From the human T2T-CHM13v2.0 reference genome, Homo sapiens: a stretch of 64,000 nucleotides of DNA. How positions within the stretch are numbered: the first letter of the stretch is position 1; each line of letters starts with the position of its first letter. Position numbers and translations under genes: made by a program. Below are positions 9,889 to 21,959 of the stretch, piece after piece. The notes beneath the pieces were generated by a model. That model saw only the letters and a list, made by a program, of their open reading frames with translations, did no database searches and had not been told where the DNA came from. The DNA is taken from the NCBI RefSeq assembly GCF_009914755.1, contig NC_060931.1; one strand, given 5' to 3'.

Positions 9889-12800
9889 ATGACAGGATCA
9901 GATTCACACATAACAATATTAACCTTAAATGTAAATGGGCTAAATGCTCAAATTAAAAGACAGAGACTGGCAACTTGGATAAAGAGTCAAGACCCATCAG
10001 TGTGCTGTATTCAGGAGACCCATCTCACGTGCAGAGACACACATAGGCTCAAAATAAAGGGATGAAGGAAGATCTACCAAGCAAATGGAAAACAAAAAAA
10101 AAGCAGGGGTTGCAATCCTCGTCTCTGATAAAACAGACTTTAAACTAACAAAGATCAAAAGAGACAAAGAAGGCCATTACATAATTGTAAAGGATCAATT
10201 CAACAAGAAGAGCTAGCTATCCTAAATATATATGCACCCAATACAGGAGCACCCAGATTCATAAAGCAAGTCCTTAGAGACCTACAAAGAGACTTAGACT
10301 CCCACACAATAATAACGGGAGACTTTAACACCCCACTGTCAACATTAGGCAGATCAATGAGACAGAAAGTTAACAAGGATATCCAGGACTTGAACTCAGC
10401 TCTGAACCAAGCTGACCTAACAGATATCTACAGAACTCTCCACACCAAATCAACAGAATATATATTCTTCTTAGCACCACATCACACTTATTCCAAAATT
10501 GACCACATAGTTGGAAGTAAAGCACTCCTCAGCAAATGTAAAAGAACAGAAATTATAACAAACTGTCTCTCAGACCACAGTGCAATCAAATTAGAACTCA
10601 GGATTAAGAAACTCACTGAAAACCACACAACTACACGGAAACTGAACAACCTGCTCCTGAATGACTACTGGGTAAATAACAAAATGAAGGCAGAAATAAA
10701 GATGTTCTTTGAAACCAATGAGAACAAAGACACAACATACCAGAATCTCTGGGACACATTTAAAGCAGTGTGTAGAGGGAAATTTATAGCACTAAATGCC
10801 AACAAGAGAAAGCAGGAAAGATCTAAAATTGACACCCTAACATCACAATTAAAAGAACTAGAGAAGCAAGAGCAAACACATTCAAAAGCTAGCAGAAGGC
10901 AAGAAATAACTAAGATCAGAGCAGAACTGAAGGAGATGGAGACACAAAAAAACCCTTCAAAAAAATCAATGAATCCAGGAGCTGGTTTTTTGAAAACATC
11001 AACAAAATTGATAGACTGCTAGCAAGATTAATAAAGAAGAAAAGAGAGAAGAATCAAATAGACGCAATAAAAAATGATAAAGGGGATATCACCACTGATC
11101 CCACAGAAATACAAACTACCATCAGAGAATACAATAAACACCTCTATGCAAATAAACTAGAAAATCTAGAAAAAATGGATAAATTCCTGGACACATAAAC
11201 TCTCCCAAGACTAAGCCAGGAAGAAGCTGAATCCCTGACTCGACCAATAACAGGCTCTGAAATTGGGGTAATAATTAATAGCCTACCAACCAAAAAAAGT
11301 CCAGGACCAGACGGATTCACAGCTGAATTCTACCAGAGGTACAAAGAGGAGCTGGTACCATTCCTTCTGAAACTATTCCAATCAATGGAAAAAGAGGGAA
11401 TCTTCCCTAATTCATTTTATGAGGCCAAGATCATCCTGATACGAAAGCCTGGCAGAGACACAAGAAAAAAAGAGAATTTTAGACCAATATCCCTGATTAA
11501 CATTGATGCAAAAATTCTCAATAAAATACTGGCAAACCGAATCCAGCAGTACACCAATAAGCTTATCCACCATGATCAAGCTGGCTTCATCCCTGGGATG
11601 CAAGGCTGGTTCAACATATGCAAATCAATAAACATAATCCATCATATAAATAGAACCAAAGAAAAAAAAACCACACGATTACCTCAATAGATGCAGAAAA
11701 GGCCTTTGACAAAATTCAACAGCATTTCATGCTAAAAACTCTCAATAAACTAGGTATTGATGGGATGTATCTCAAAATAATAAGAGCTATTCATGACAAA
11801 CCCACAGCCAATATCATACTGAATGGGCAAAAACTGGAAGCATTCCCTTTTAAAACTGGCACAAGACAGGGATACCCTCTGCCACCACTGGTATTCAACA
11901 TAGCGTTGGAAGTTCTGGCCAGGGCAATTAGGCAGGAGAAGGAAATAAAGGGTATTTGGTTTGGAAAGGAGGAAGTCAAATTGTCCCTGTTTGCAGATGA
12001 TGTGATTCTATGGTTAGAAAACCCCATCATCTCAGCCCAAAATCTCCTTAAGCTGATAGGCAACTTCAGCAGTCTCAGGATACAAAATCAATGTGCAAAA
12101 ATCAAAAGCATTCTTATACAGCAATAACAGACAAACAGAGAGCCAAATCATGAGTGAACTCCCATTCACAATTGCTTCAAAGAGAATAAAATACCTAGGA
12201 ATCCAACCTACTAGGGACGTGAATGACCTCTTCAAGGAAAACTACAAACCACTGCTCAACGAAACAAAAGAGGACACTAACAAATGGAAGAACATTCCAT
12301 GCTCATGGACAGGAAGAATCAATATCATGAAAATGGCCATACTGCCCAAGGTAATTTATAGATTCAATACCATCCCCATCAAGCTGCCAATGACTTTCTT
12401 CACAGAATTGGAAAAAACTACTTTAAAGGTCATATGGAACTAAAAAAAAGCCTGCATTGCCAAGCCAATCCTAAGCAAAAAGAACAAACCTGGAAGCATC
12501 ACACTACCTGACTTCAAACTATACTACAAGGCTACAGTAACCAAAATAGCATGGTACTGGTACCAAAACAGAGATATAGACCAACGGAACAGAACAGAGC
12601 CCTCAGAAATAATACCACACATCTACAACCATCTGATCTTTGACAAACCTGACAAAAACAAGAAATGAGGAAAGGATTCCCTATTTAATAAATGGTGCTG
12701 GGAAGACTGGCTAGCCATATGTAGAAATCTGAAACTGGATCCCTTCCTTACACCTTATACAAAAATTAATTCAAGATGGATTAAATACTTAAATGTCAGA

Positions 12801-13718
12801 CCTAAAACCATAAAAACCCTAAAAGAAAACCTAGGCAATACCATTCAGGACATAGCCATGGGCAAGGACTTCATGACTAAAACACCAAAAGCAATGGCAA
12901 CAAAAGCCAAAATAGACAAATGGGATCTAATTAAACTAAAGAGCTTCTGCAAAGTGAAAAAAACTACCATCAGAGTGAACAGGCAACCTACAGAATGGGA
13001 GAAAATTTTTGCAATCTAGTCATCTGACAAAGGGCTAATATCCAGAATCTACAAAGAACTTAAACAAATTTATAAGAAAAAAATCAAACAACCCCATCAA
13101 AAAGTGGGTGAAGGATATGAACAGACACTTCTCAAAAGAAGACATTTACGCAGCCAACAGACACATGAAAAAATGCTCATCATCACTGGTCATCAGAGAA
13201 ATGCAAATCAAACCACAGTGAGATACCATCTCATACCAGTTAGAATGGCGATCATTAAAAAATCAGGAAACAACAGGGGCTGGAGAGGATGTGGAGAAAT
13301 AGGAACACTTTTACACTGTTGGTGGGACTGTAAACTAGTTCAACCATTGTGGAAGTCAATGTGGCGATTACTCAGGGATCTAGAATTAGAAATACCATTT
13401 GACCCAGAGATCCCATTATTGGGTATACACCCAAAGGATTATACATCATGCTACTATAAAAACACATGCACACATATGTTTATTGTGGCACTATCTACAA
13501 GAGCAAAGACTTGGAATCAACCCAGATGTCCATCAATGATAGACTGGATTAAGAAAATATGGCACATATACACCATGGAATACTATGCAGCCATAAAAAA
13601 GAATGAGTTCATGTCCTTTGTGGGTACATGGATGAAGCTGGAAACCATCATTCTGAGCAAATTATCGCAAGGACAGAAAACCGAACACCACATGTTCTCA
13701 CTCATAGATGGGAATTGA
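9889..13718 (+). pseudogene. L1 ORF2 (EN/RT), disrupted
   Basis: ATG ACA GGA TCA at 9889; ORF-track fragments carry [26 protein letters not shown] and HCWWDC; multiple stops and frameshifts. Confidence 0.93.
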
Positions 13719-14606
13719 ACAATGAGAACACTTGGACACTGGGCGGGGAACATCACACACTGGGGCCTATCCTGGGGTGGGGGGAGGAGGGAGAGATGGC
13801 ATTAACAGAAATACCTATTGTAAATGACCAGTTAATGGGTGCAGCACATCAACATGGCACAGGTATACATGTGTAACAAACCTGCACGTTGTGCACATGT
13901 ACCCTTGAACTTGAAGTATAATTTAAAAAAATGAACTTCTTAATGCCAAATCGAATGCCAAATACCAGAAGCAAATCTCAAATATCAAAATGATACTGTT
14001 TTAGTAGCTGAAAAGTTACCAACTCTAGCCAACATGCCCTCAGCCGGAAAGGGAATTTCACCATTGCACAGTTAGGGCAGTTTTTTGGGGGAAAAAAGAC
14101 AATTTCATGTTTGTTGTCATGGGATTTCACACTGAGTCTCGGAACCATTCGTTCTCTTTTGAGATGATTTATCCTATCTATTATCTGTTGAGCAGGCAGG
14201 AGGCATTCTTACTAACTCATTTCCAAATACTAAGGGCAACGATAGCTTCACTGTAGCCCCCAAATACAGACAATTAATTCTGCCAATGACAAAGTAATTA
14301 GAAAAGACATCATCAAGTGAATGATGCTTAAGCTGAGTGTTGGCTAGTTGACTGGCTGAGACAGATCTCAAGATTTGAGCTTGGGAACAGTTTAAGAGGT
14401 TTGGCCCTGTATTAGGTCATCCTAGACCCAGATAGTATGAAGAAGGCCAAGATAATTACTAGACTATCCCAGGCTTCCCAGGCCCTACTATGGCTTCCTC
14501 AGTCGAATTACAAGACCTCTAAGGTCACTTGACTACTGAGTTCTATGATGTCATAAGTAACTGATTGCGCTAGTCACTTCATATACTCATTTAAGCCCCT
14601 CTCAAT

Positions 14607-15046
14607 TGTCAACCTAAATAACAGAGACAGGCTCTCTAAAAGATGTTTATTTGGGAATGGAACATTGCAATGGGAATATGCATGTCATAGTAAACTATGT
14701 GTGTAGTCAGGGAGGTAAAGGAAGATAAAGATTTTTAAAAGAAAAAAAGGAAGATTACATACTGGTTTTTTAAATGATTACCCTTAGCCACAAAGATCAA
14801 TAACAAGAGTGATGCCAGTCTGAGGTTAGCCAGGCAGTTGCTTAGCCAATGTCCTTGTAGAAGTATCTTTTGTGTAAGGTTATGATGGCCCTTGTGTAAC
14901 GTTATGGTTGTTATGGAGTCTTTTTCATTATCAAGCAAACAAATGTGAGGACTCTTCTTTCATGGCCTTCCCCAGCTCTGTTTGTCAGAGTTTTCTTAAC
15001 TTTCATGACTCTATTTTCATTCTGATCAAAATGATATAATTCCACA
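14607..15046 (-). mobile_element. Solo LTR, ERV1-class (MER93-like, tentative)
   Basis: tgtcaacctaaataacagagacaggctctctaaaagatgtttatttgggaat ... ttccaca; TG/CA ends and minus-strand AATAAA. Confidence 0.55.
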
Positions 15047-15622
15047 AAATTATACTCCTAACACAACTTATCTTTGGCCATCCTGCTGAAACGAACTTTC
15101 TTCCTGATTCCCACACAAGTAATTGTGCTTTTTGGCACAGTTGGCACTTAGAGTTTTGGTTGTCTTTTCCTCTTTTCTTACTCTATTTTTTATTATATTG
15201 CCTTTTAGACTGCAGTCTTAGAGTAAACTCACACACACACACAAAAAAGGAGAAAAAGTTGCCACAAGGGTAAAGCTGTCTTCCCAAAAGGCAGAAGCTG
15301 TCTATAGAAGGAACATGTCCAGTAACTTTCTTTGGTGAGATTATAGGGAAGGGGAACAAAAATTCAGACAAAGTCCTTGGTAGAAGTTTATTCTAGGCCT
15401 TACTTCCAATATTAACTTAAAGACAAAGAATTTCATTTCCAGTACATAGTACTGTCTTTAATAGGAGAGTAAGTTAAAAAGAAAGAGTTAAAAAAAAAAA
15501 GCAGAAGCTTAATCAAACCATTTCAATTTTACTTGGGGAAGAAAAAAATCCCTGTGAAATCTCATACCTTAAAATGATACTGATTCCAGCTAAGCTTTGG
15601 CTAAACAGTACTGCTTAGTATA

Positions 15623-16115
15623 CAGCTGATCCCTGAAAAATACGAGTCTGAACTATGTAGGTCCAAGTATACAGGGATTTTCTTCCACCTCTGCCACCCC
15701 TGAGACAGCAACTCCACTACACTCCAACCTGGGTAACAGAGCTGTCTTTAAAAAGAAAAAAATTGTTAATAAAATAACCCTTCCTCTTCCTCTTCTTCCT
15801 CCTCTTCCTCAGCCTACTCAATGTGAAGACAAGGATGAAGACCATTATGATGAATGACTTACATTTAATGAATACACTTTCTCTTCCTTATAACTTTCTT
15901 AATAACATTTCATCTTACTTTGTTGTAAGAATACAGTATATAACACATATAACATACAAAATATGTGCTAATCAACTGTTTATGTCATCAGTAAGGGTTC
16001 CAGTCAACAGTAGGCTCTCAGTAGTTAAGTTTCTGGGGAGTCAAAAGTTATATGCAGATTTTCAACTATGTAGAGGACGATACCCCTAACCCCCGAGTTG
16101 TTCAAGGCTCAACTG
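15623..16115. mobile_element. Tigger2-derived non-autonomous DNA transposon
   Basis: TIRs cagctgatccctgaaaaa / ttgttcaaggctcaactg with TA duplication at both ends. Confidence 0.8.
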
Positions 16116-16139
16116 TAGTTCATAACACAGACTTCTCAG

Positions 16140-16620
16140 TCTATGTACTTGCTGCTTACCCTGCCTGGCAGAGTCTCCCCCTAAGACATCCTACAGTTCA
16201 TCCCTCTGCTCAAATGCCCCCTAGCCAGAGAGGCCTTCCCTGGCCATTCCATCTAAAAGAGTAACCTAGCAAGGCCCCCCACTCCCAGCATCCCCTATTA
16301 TTTTTTTTCCCCCCTACTTGATTTCTCTCCATAGCAGTTATTGTCTGAGTGATATCATTTTTATTATCATCATTGGTTTGTTTGATTACTCCCACCAGAA
16401 CATAACCTCCACAATAAATGTCTGGTTTTTTTCCTTGCAATAGTGAACTGTCCCTAGTAGGCAGCAGCCATCCAGTGAATTTGTTATACCAAGGCATGAG
16501 GATCTCTTGGGACCAGTAGTTTGAGTCTGCAGTGAGCTATGATTGTGCCTCTACACCCCAACCTGGGTGACAGAGCTGTCTTTAAAAAGAAAAAAGTTGT
16601 TAATAAAATAATGAATGAAT
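16140..16620 (+). mobile_element. L2 3' fragment interrupted by a truncated Alu right monomer (FRAM/AluJ-like, ~16490-16595)
   Basis: L2 motifs ctcaaatgcccc..agagaggccttccctggcc and terminal atgaatgaat; Alu-like tgcagtgagctatgattgtgcc..cctgggtgacagag plus A tail. Confidence 0.7.
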
Positions 16621-16649
16621 ATCATTTTCAAAGTTTTGCCAAGTTCCTA

Positions 16650-16947
<298 letters not shown>

Positions 16948-18039
16948 TCCTAAGTTTTTAAAATTATGCATTAAGATCATTTTTCTTCCCATGGACTACT
17001 TGGTATGTGATAATATAACTATTTGGACTAAAAATCACGAGACTTAAGTCTCTCAGCCCTGCCATTAATTTCTTATATAACCTGGTTAGACCATTTCTCA
17101 GTTTTACCTTGTACAGCTGACATCCTATGGCTTGCAGCCATGACTAAAATCCAACAGAAAAACAGATTACATAAATAAAGATTTCTCTGTGCATGTCACC
17201 TTTAGTGATTTATGTATGGCATAAAACAAGCTTCAACTATAAGAGCTACTTTTCAAGAGGTTGATCTAAGATATACTCTATTAATATTCTCTGGCCAAGG
17301 TCTAATCTGGAAGGTTCATACTTTTAAACTGCTGACCTCAAAAACACCTATTTTCAGATACTTACAAAATACAAAGAGATTATGTTAACCCATTTCCATG
17401 CTTAAGCCATAGTGCTTTGCCCTTTATTCTACTTTCAAACTTGCTACCATTTATTATCTCCATTTCTACAATATCACGAATCTCATGGCATATAACGCTT
17501 TGTGAAAAGTGTTTATTTACATTCTTATATCATCAAAATCTAGACTTTTTTTCAGCTGTACTTGGAAAACTTTTCCAAATAGATTACCTTACCCTGTAGA
17601 GCTAAAGATGAGGGAAAAAATCAATATGGGATGTTCATGAATAACGTCTGTTAACTAAATGAGACTACATATAGTGATTTGCAGTCATCAGGAAAACAGT
17701 GTTAAATATGCTAGCTGACGATTGCTATAAAGAATCTCTGAGCTGATAATTTTGAGAATTCACCCTAGTTCATCTATGACTCTCCATTTAGTATTTAAGG
17801 AGAAAAGCCTCATTTTCCAGAATCGAATAAGCGAATTAATCGCACAATTGTGTAGAATGGAACTCAGTCTGTAAAAAATCAAGACCAACGTACTTTTTAA
17901 TATTCTAACATCTCCAAGTAGTAGTTACAAGTATTGTACCCATGAAGTCCAGGTAATTAATTTGTTCAATGTCACACTGTTAAAAGTCAGGTGGGCTCCA
18001 AAGCACAGTCCTAACCAGCATGCTCTACTGCCTCCTCTG

Positions 18040-18780
18040 AGGCAACAGCCGAAGTACAGACCACTGGGAATAAATAGCTGCCCGGTCTTCCCCACTCCTA
18101 AATTCTCCCGACAGACCCCAAAGCCTCTCTGAGAGCCTCTCTGACCGCCCTGCGGCCCACCCCGAGTTCCCGGCATCCTCTGGGATCCCTCTTCCTGGAG
18201 CCAAAACCTACGCAGGCTCCTTTCCTCCGAGCTGGTTGCTAGGTGATCTCCGAAGGCTGTCCGAAGTCTCGCGAGGGCGGACCCGTTGCCTGATGACGAG
18301 AGTTGGGAGTGTGGCTGGGGCTGCGGATCTCCAGCAGTGGCGTTACTTCTAGCGGCTGGATACCGGGTTCTCCGCGAGATCCCGAGATATTCTCCCCGCA
18401 CGGAAGCGACGACTGGCCTGGCCAGAGGACTCGCGTGGGAGCGAGGTGCCGGCCCCGACAGGACGGTGAGGTATGCAGAAGTAAGGCGGGGCGCCCCCTG
18501 CGGGAAGCGAGCGCGCCCCGGAAAATGAGCGCCTCCCCACACCAAGGTGTCCAGGAGTGAGTGCGGGAAGGAACTCGGCCGCCCGGAGTTGTGGCCTCAT
18601 CGTGCTTCCCGCCAAAAACGCCTTGGTACTGTCGGGACGCGGCTAAGCGTGGACGCGCCCGCATCTGCCCCTCCTCCGCAGTGGTGGAAGACACCCGCGG
18701 AGCGCCGGTGGATAAGGGCCGTTTCCTGAGACCAGAGCTGTATCCGCAGCAGGTCAGCACTTCGTGCGCCCTGTGTGCAC
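18040..18780 (+). promoter_or_regulatory. AGBL3: CpG island / AGBL3 promoter and non-coding exon 1 (~18290-18470)
   Basis: Only CpG-dense non-repeat segment in the window, ~1.2 kb upstream of the first coding exon; GC box, ETS CGGAAG, X-box-like and TCTCGCGAG motifs; GT donors at 18466, 18471 and 18481. TSS not determinable from sequence. Confidence 0.85.
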
Positions 18781-19702
18781 CTGTAAGGAATGGAATTTAG
18801 GCCAGTCGGATTTTCCAAATGTGGAGTTGTGATGCCCAGGCAGAAACTTCAGTTTCTTAGGACTGAAGGTGTCATCTATGAGACAGTCGGTTCCGTGGCA
18901 TTGGCAGTGATTTGCCATAGAGCTTGGACTTAACTTATATGTAGTCCACGCTCCAAAACACGCTTCCTGTAGAGAGGGGCGTAAACTAATAGATTTGAAA
19001 TTGTCGAGTCCTTTGGTCTCTCAAGAACGATGGGAACTTGACAAGAAATTTCGATTATTCCCTGGTCTTGATATTACCCACATGGGAAGATACTTGCATA
19101 GAATGGTAATGGTCATTACCAATACAACCTTCTGGTAGCTATTTAGATTTCTAAGAATAAGAATAATATAAATGAATATTAGAACAGACAGTATCTACAG
19201 AATAATAATCAAAATGTAAAGTCTTGTCACTTGAACTTTTGGTCAAGTGAAAATCAAGGAGAAAACTTAAAATTATATTGCTACATTTCAGTAAGTGACT
19301 ATAATTTTTAAATTCATTATCTTTTAATGCCTCAGGATCATTCTGAACTTGCTGTGTAGTATTTAATTGTAAATATAAAATGTGAATGATTTGGCTGTAT
19401 ACTCTGGAAATTCCTTTTAATTAAATGATTTGCTTGATTTGTCTTATTGTGGTTGTTGTCTCGTATAGTCATGGAAAATTCCTTTAACTCTTTGAAATTG
19501 AAGGTTTTATTAGTTGTATTCTAATTAGTTTTTAGAGAAGACTGTTGTGACTGTTAAATACAATTGAATATATTTTTGAGTACTCATTTAATGTAGTAAA
19601 CACCTACAGCTTGAAAAGAAAAGCTGTCATATAATTTCCTTAGAAATTGTTTTACAGCCTACCCGTATATTACAAGAAATCTCAAGTCAAACACTGGAAA
19701 AG

Positions 19703-19765
19703 ATGTCAGAAGATTCAGAAAAGGAAGACTATTCAGACAGAACAATCAGTGATGAAGATGAATCG
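19703..19765 (+). CDS. AGBL3: AGBL3/CCP3 exon 2 coding part (MSEDSEKEDYSDRTISDEDES)
   Basis: ATG at 19703, donor TCG/gtatgt at 19766 (phase 0). Best acceptor candidate ttttacag ending 19657, alternative ending 19643. Matches the known CCP3 N-terminus. Confidence 0.93.
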
Positions 19766-20353
19766 GTATGTTTTTCTCAACTTTATTTTACTTGGAGATA
19801 AAATTTGTATTATATAAATCCCCAATTAAAATATTATAAAATCAATTGGATATAAAAATCAATTGGATGTTTAAATTATTGTCATTGAAGTTGGGAAATA
19901 ATTTGGCTGAAAAAGCTAAGCTATCACTGGGAACACTATGCCCTGTCTAGAAAGAGAAACTATATTTGTATTTTTTTTGAGAAAATATTTTAGCTAAGAT
20001 TCTTCTAGGTTTTATTAAAATTTGTATATGAAATTATTAGTAGGGTTTTAGTTTTAGGATTGATGTCCACTTATTTTCTTCTATGTGCTGATTGGATTGT
20101 GTTACATCGTAGTATGAATCATAGTAGAACCACCGTGTTCTAACCTTATTGTGTATCACCATAACAGTTTATTGTGGCTCTGATGTCATAAAGGAAGAGA
20201 CATGGAAGAAGAAAAAGGGGGAAAAACGTAGTATTTAAAATTCTTTAGCCTTTTTCTACTACATAGGCTGCGAGATTTCCTTCAAATTTTATTAAAGTAT
20301 AAATTATGTATGTAAACTAATGTCCCGAAATAAGCTCTGAAAGCTTACTTTAG

Positions 20354-20722
<369 letters not shown>

Positions 20723-21018
20723 TAAATAGTTTTCCCGGGTTTATCAAGAATCTTTAAACTTTATTCCTTCCATAAAGTCATTATTATGACCACACCCAGT
20801 GGAAGAGGAGGAATGAAAGATGCAAACTTTAAGGTTTCAGGATATTTGAAGTGTTGGGTGCATTGAGACCAGTAGCTGATAATAATCCTTTAATTTTCTC
20901 GTTTATTAAAGGTTAAAGACATATACTCAATCCCAAGTACTAAAATAGATGTAAAAAAATTCTGGATTTGAAAACCGTTGGTTTTTAAAAGAGAAATATT
21001 TTTAAATTCTTATTTTAG

Positions 21019-21079
21019 GATGAGGATATGTTCATGAAATTTGTAAGTGAAGATCTTCATCGGTGTGCACTTTTAACAG
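21019..21079 (+). CDS. AGBL3: AGBL3 exon 3 (DEDMFMKFVSEDLHRCALLT)
   Basis: tattttag acceptor, 61 nt, donor CAG/gtttga; phase 0 to 1; in frame with exons 2 and 4. Confidence 0.93.
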
Positions 21080-21959
21080 GTTTGAACCTATTCATATAGT
21101 TTTTGTTTAGCATAAAACTTTGAATGGATAAAAAAGAAGATGAGGAAACTAAAAAGTCAGATTGAATAATATAGGGAATGATTATTCTAGTAGATTGTGA
21201 AAGAGAACTGTATCTACTTGCAGAGTTCAAACTTTTCAGGTTTGTTTTAGGTAAGCCTATTTTATATTAGAAAATAATAAATGAAAGTGGTGATTATCTT
21301 ATATTTAACATAAGGATTTACCTTGTCATTTGTTTAAATGTATTGACTGTATGACTCAAGTTATAACGGACAGATTATGTTAGAAGTACATCTTCATTTA
21401 AACGAAGTACATTGTCTAAAGAGTCTCATTAATAAAGTCATTCATTTGCAACTGAACATGTGTGTGGACATCTTGATGTATACTTAATTTTTAAAGATTT
21501 ATACTTAGAATTGTACTTTCAAACTCTAAGATATCTCTACTAAATATTTACATATGTGTCACAAATACTCTGAAATTGGAGTTAAGGCCTTTATCTTTTT
21601 TTTTTTCTTTTGTCTTTTGCCACCATCCTAAAATAAATCTTCCTGTTTGAAATAACCACCATTCTTAGTTTGGTGTGTATCATTCTAGAACTTCTTTGCA
21701 TATACACATATCTATACCCATAGGCATAGAAATTTTATAGTACTGTTTTGTGGACATTTCCCTGCTACCCTTTTCTGTTTTTTAAATTTTGCCAAGCTAT
21801 TAGAAAACAGGAGATAACTCACTCCTTTAACTAGCATTTCTGGGATTGCTAGAAAAATTGAGAATTACTTCTATAGGCTTATTATCTACTCATATTCTTA
21901 GTTGGTCTGAATTGCCCATTTATACTAATCCCTTTATGTTGCTTCCTTTGTTTAGAACA

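Larger units (their letters stand above)
7780..13927 (+). mobile_element. Near full-length (~6.15 kb) LINE-1, L1PA5-like, inactive
   Basis: 5'UTR, ORF1, ORF2 and 3'UTR in order; 14-bp TSD aaaatgaacttctt at 7766-7779 and 13928-13941 at a TT/AAAA site; retains the 129-bp 5'UTR segment of older L1PA (~8525-8652). Confidence 0.97.

Noticed and set aside
10357-13718. L1 ORF2 fragments as a potentially active retrotransposon
   Set aside because: ORF1 has a stop at codon 41 and ORF2 has many stops and frameshifts, so it is not retrotransposition-competent.
17925-18818. Long overlapping ORFs (up to 206 aa) on both strands of the CpG island
   Set aside because: Expected from stop-codon scarcity in GC-rich DNA; no recognisable domain; the region is the AGBL3 promoter and 5'UTR.
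19835-19868. Short tandem duplication aaaatcaattggat x2 after exon 2
   Set aside because: Ordinary slippage duplication in an AT-rich intron with no evident consequence.
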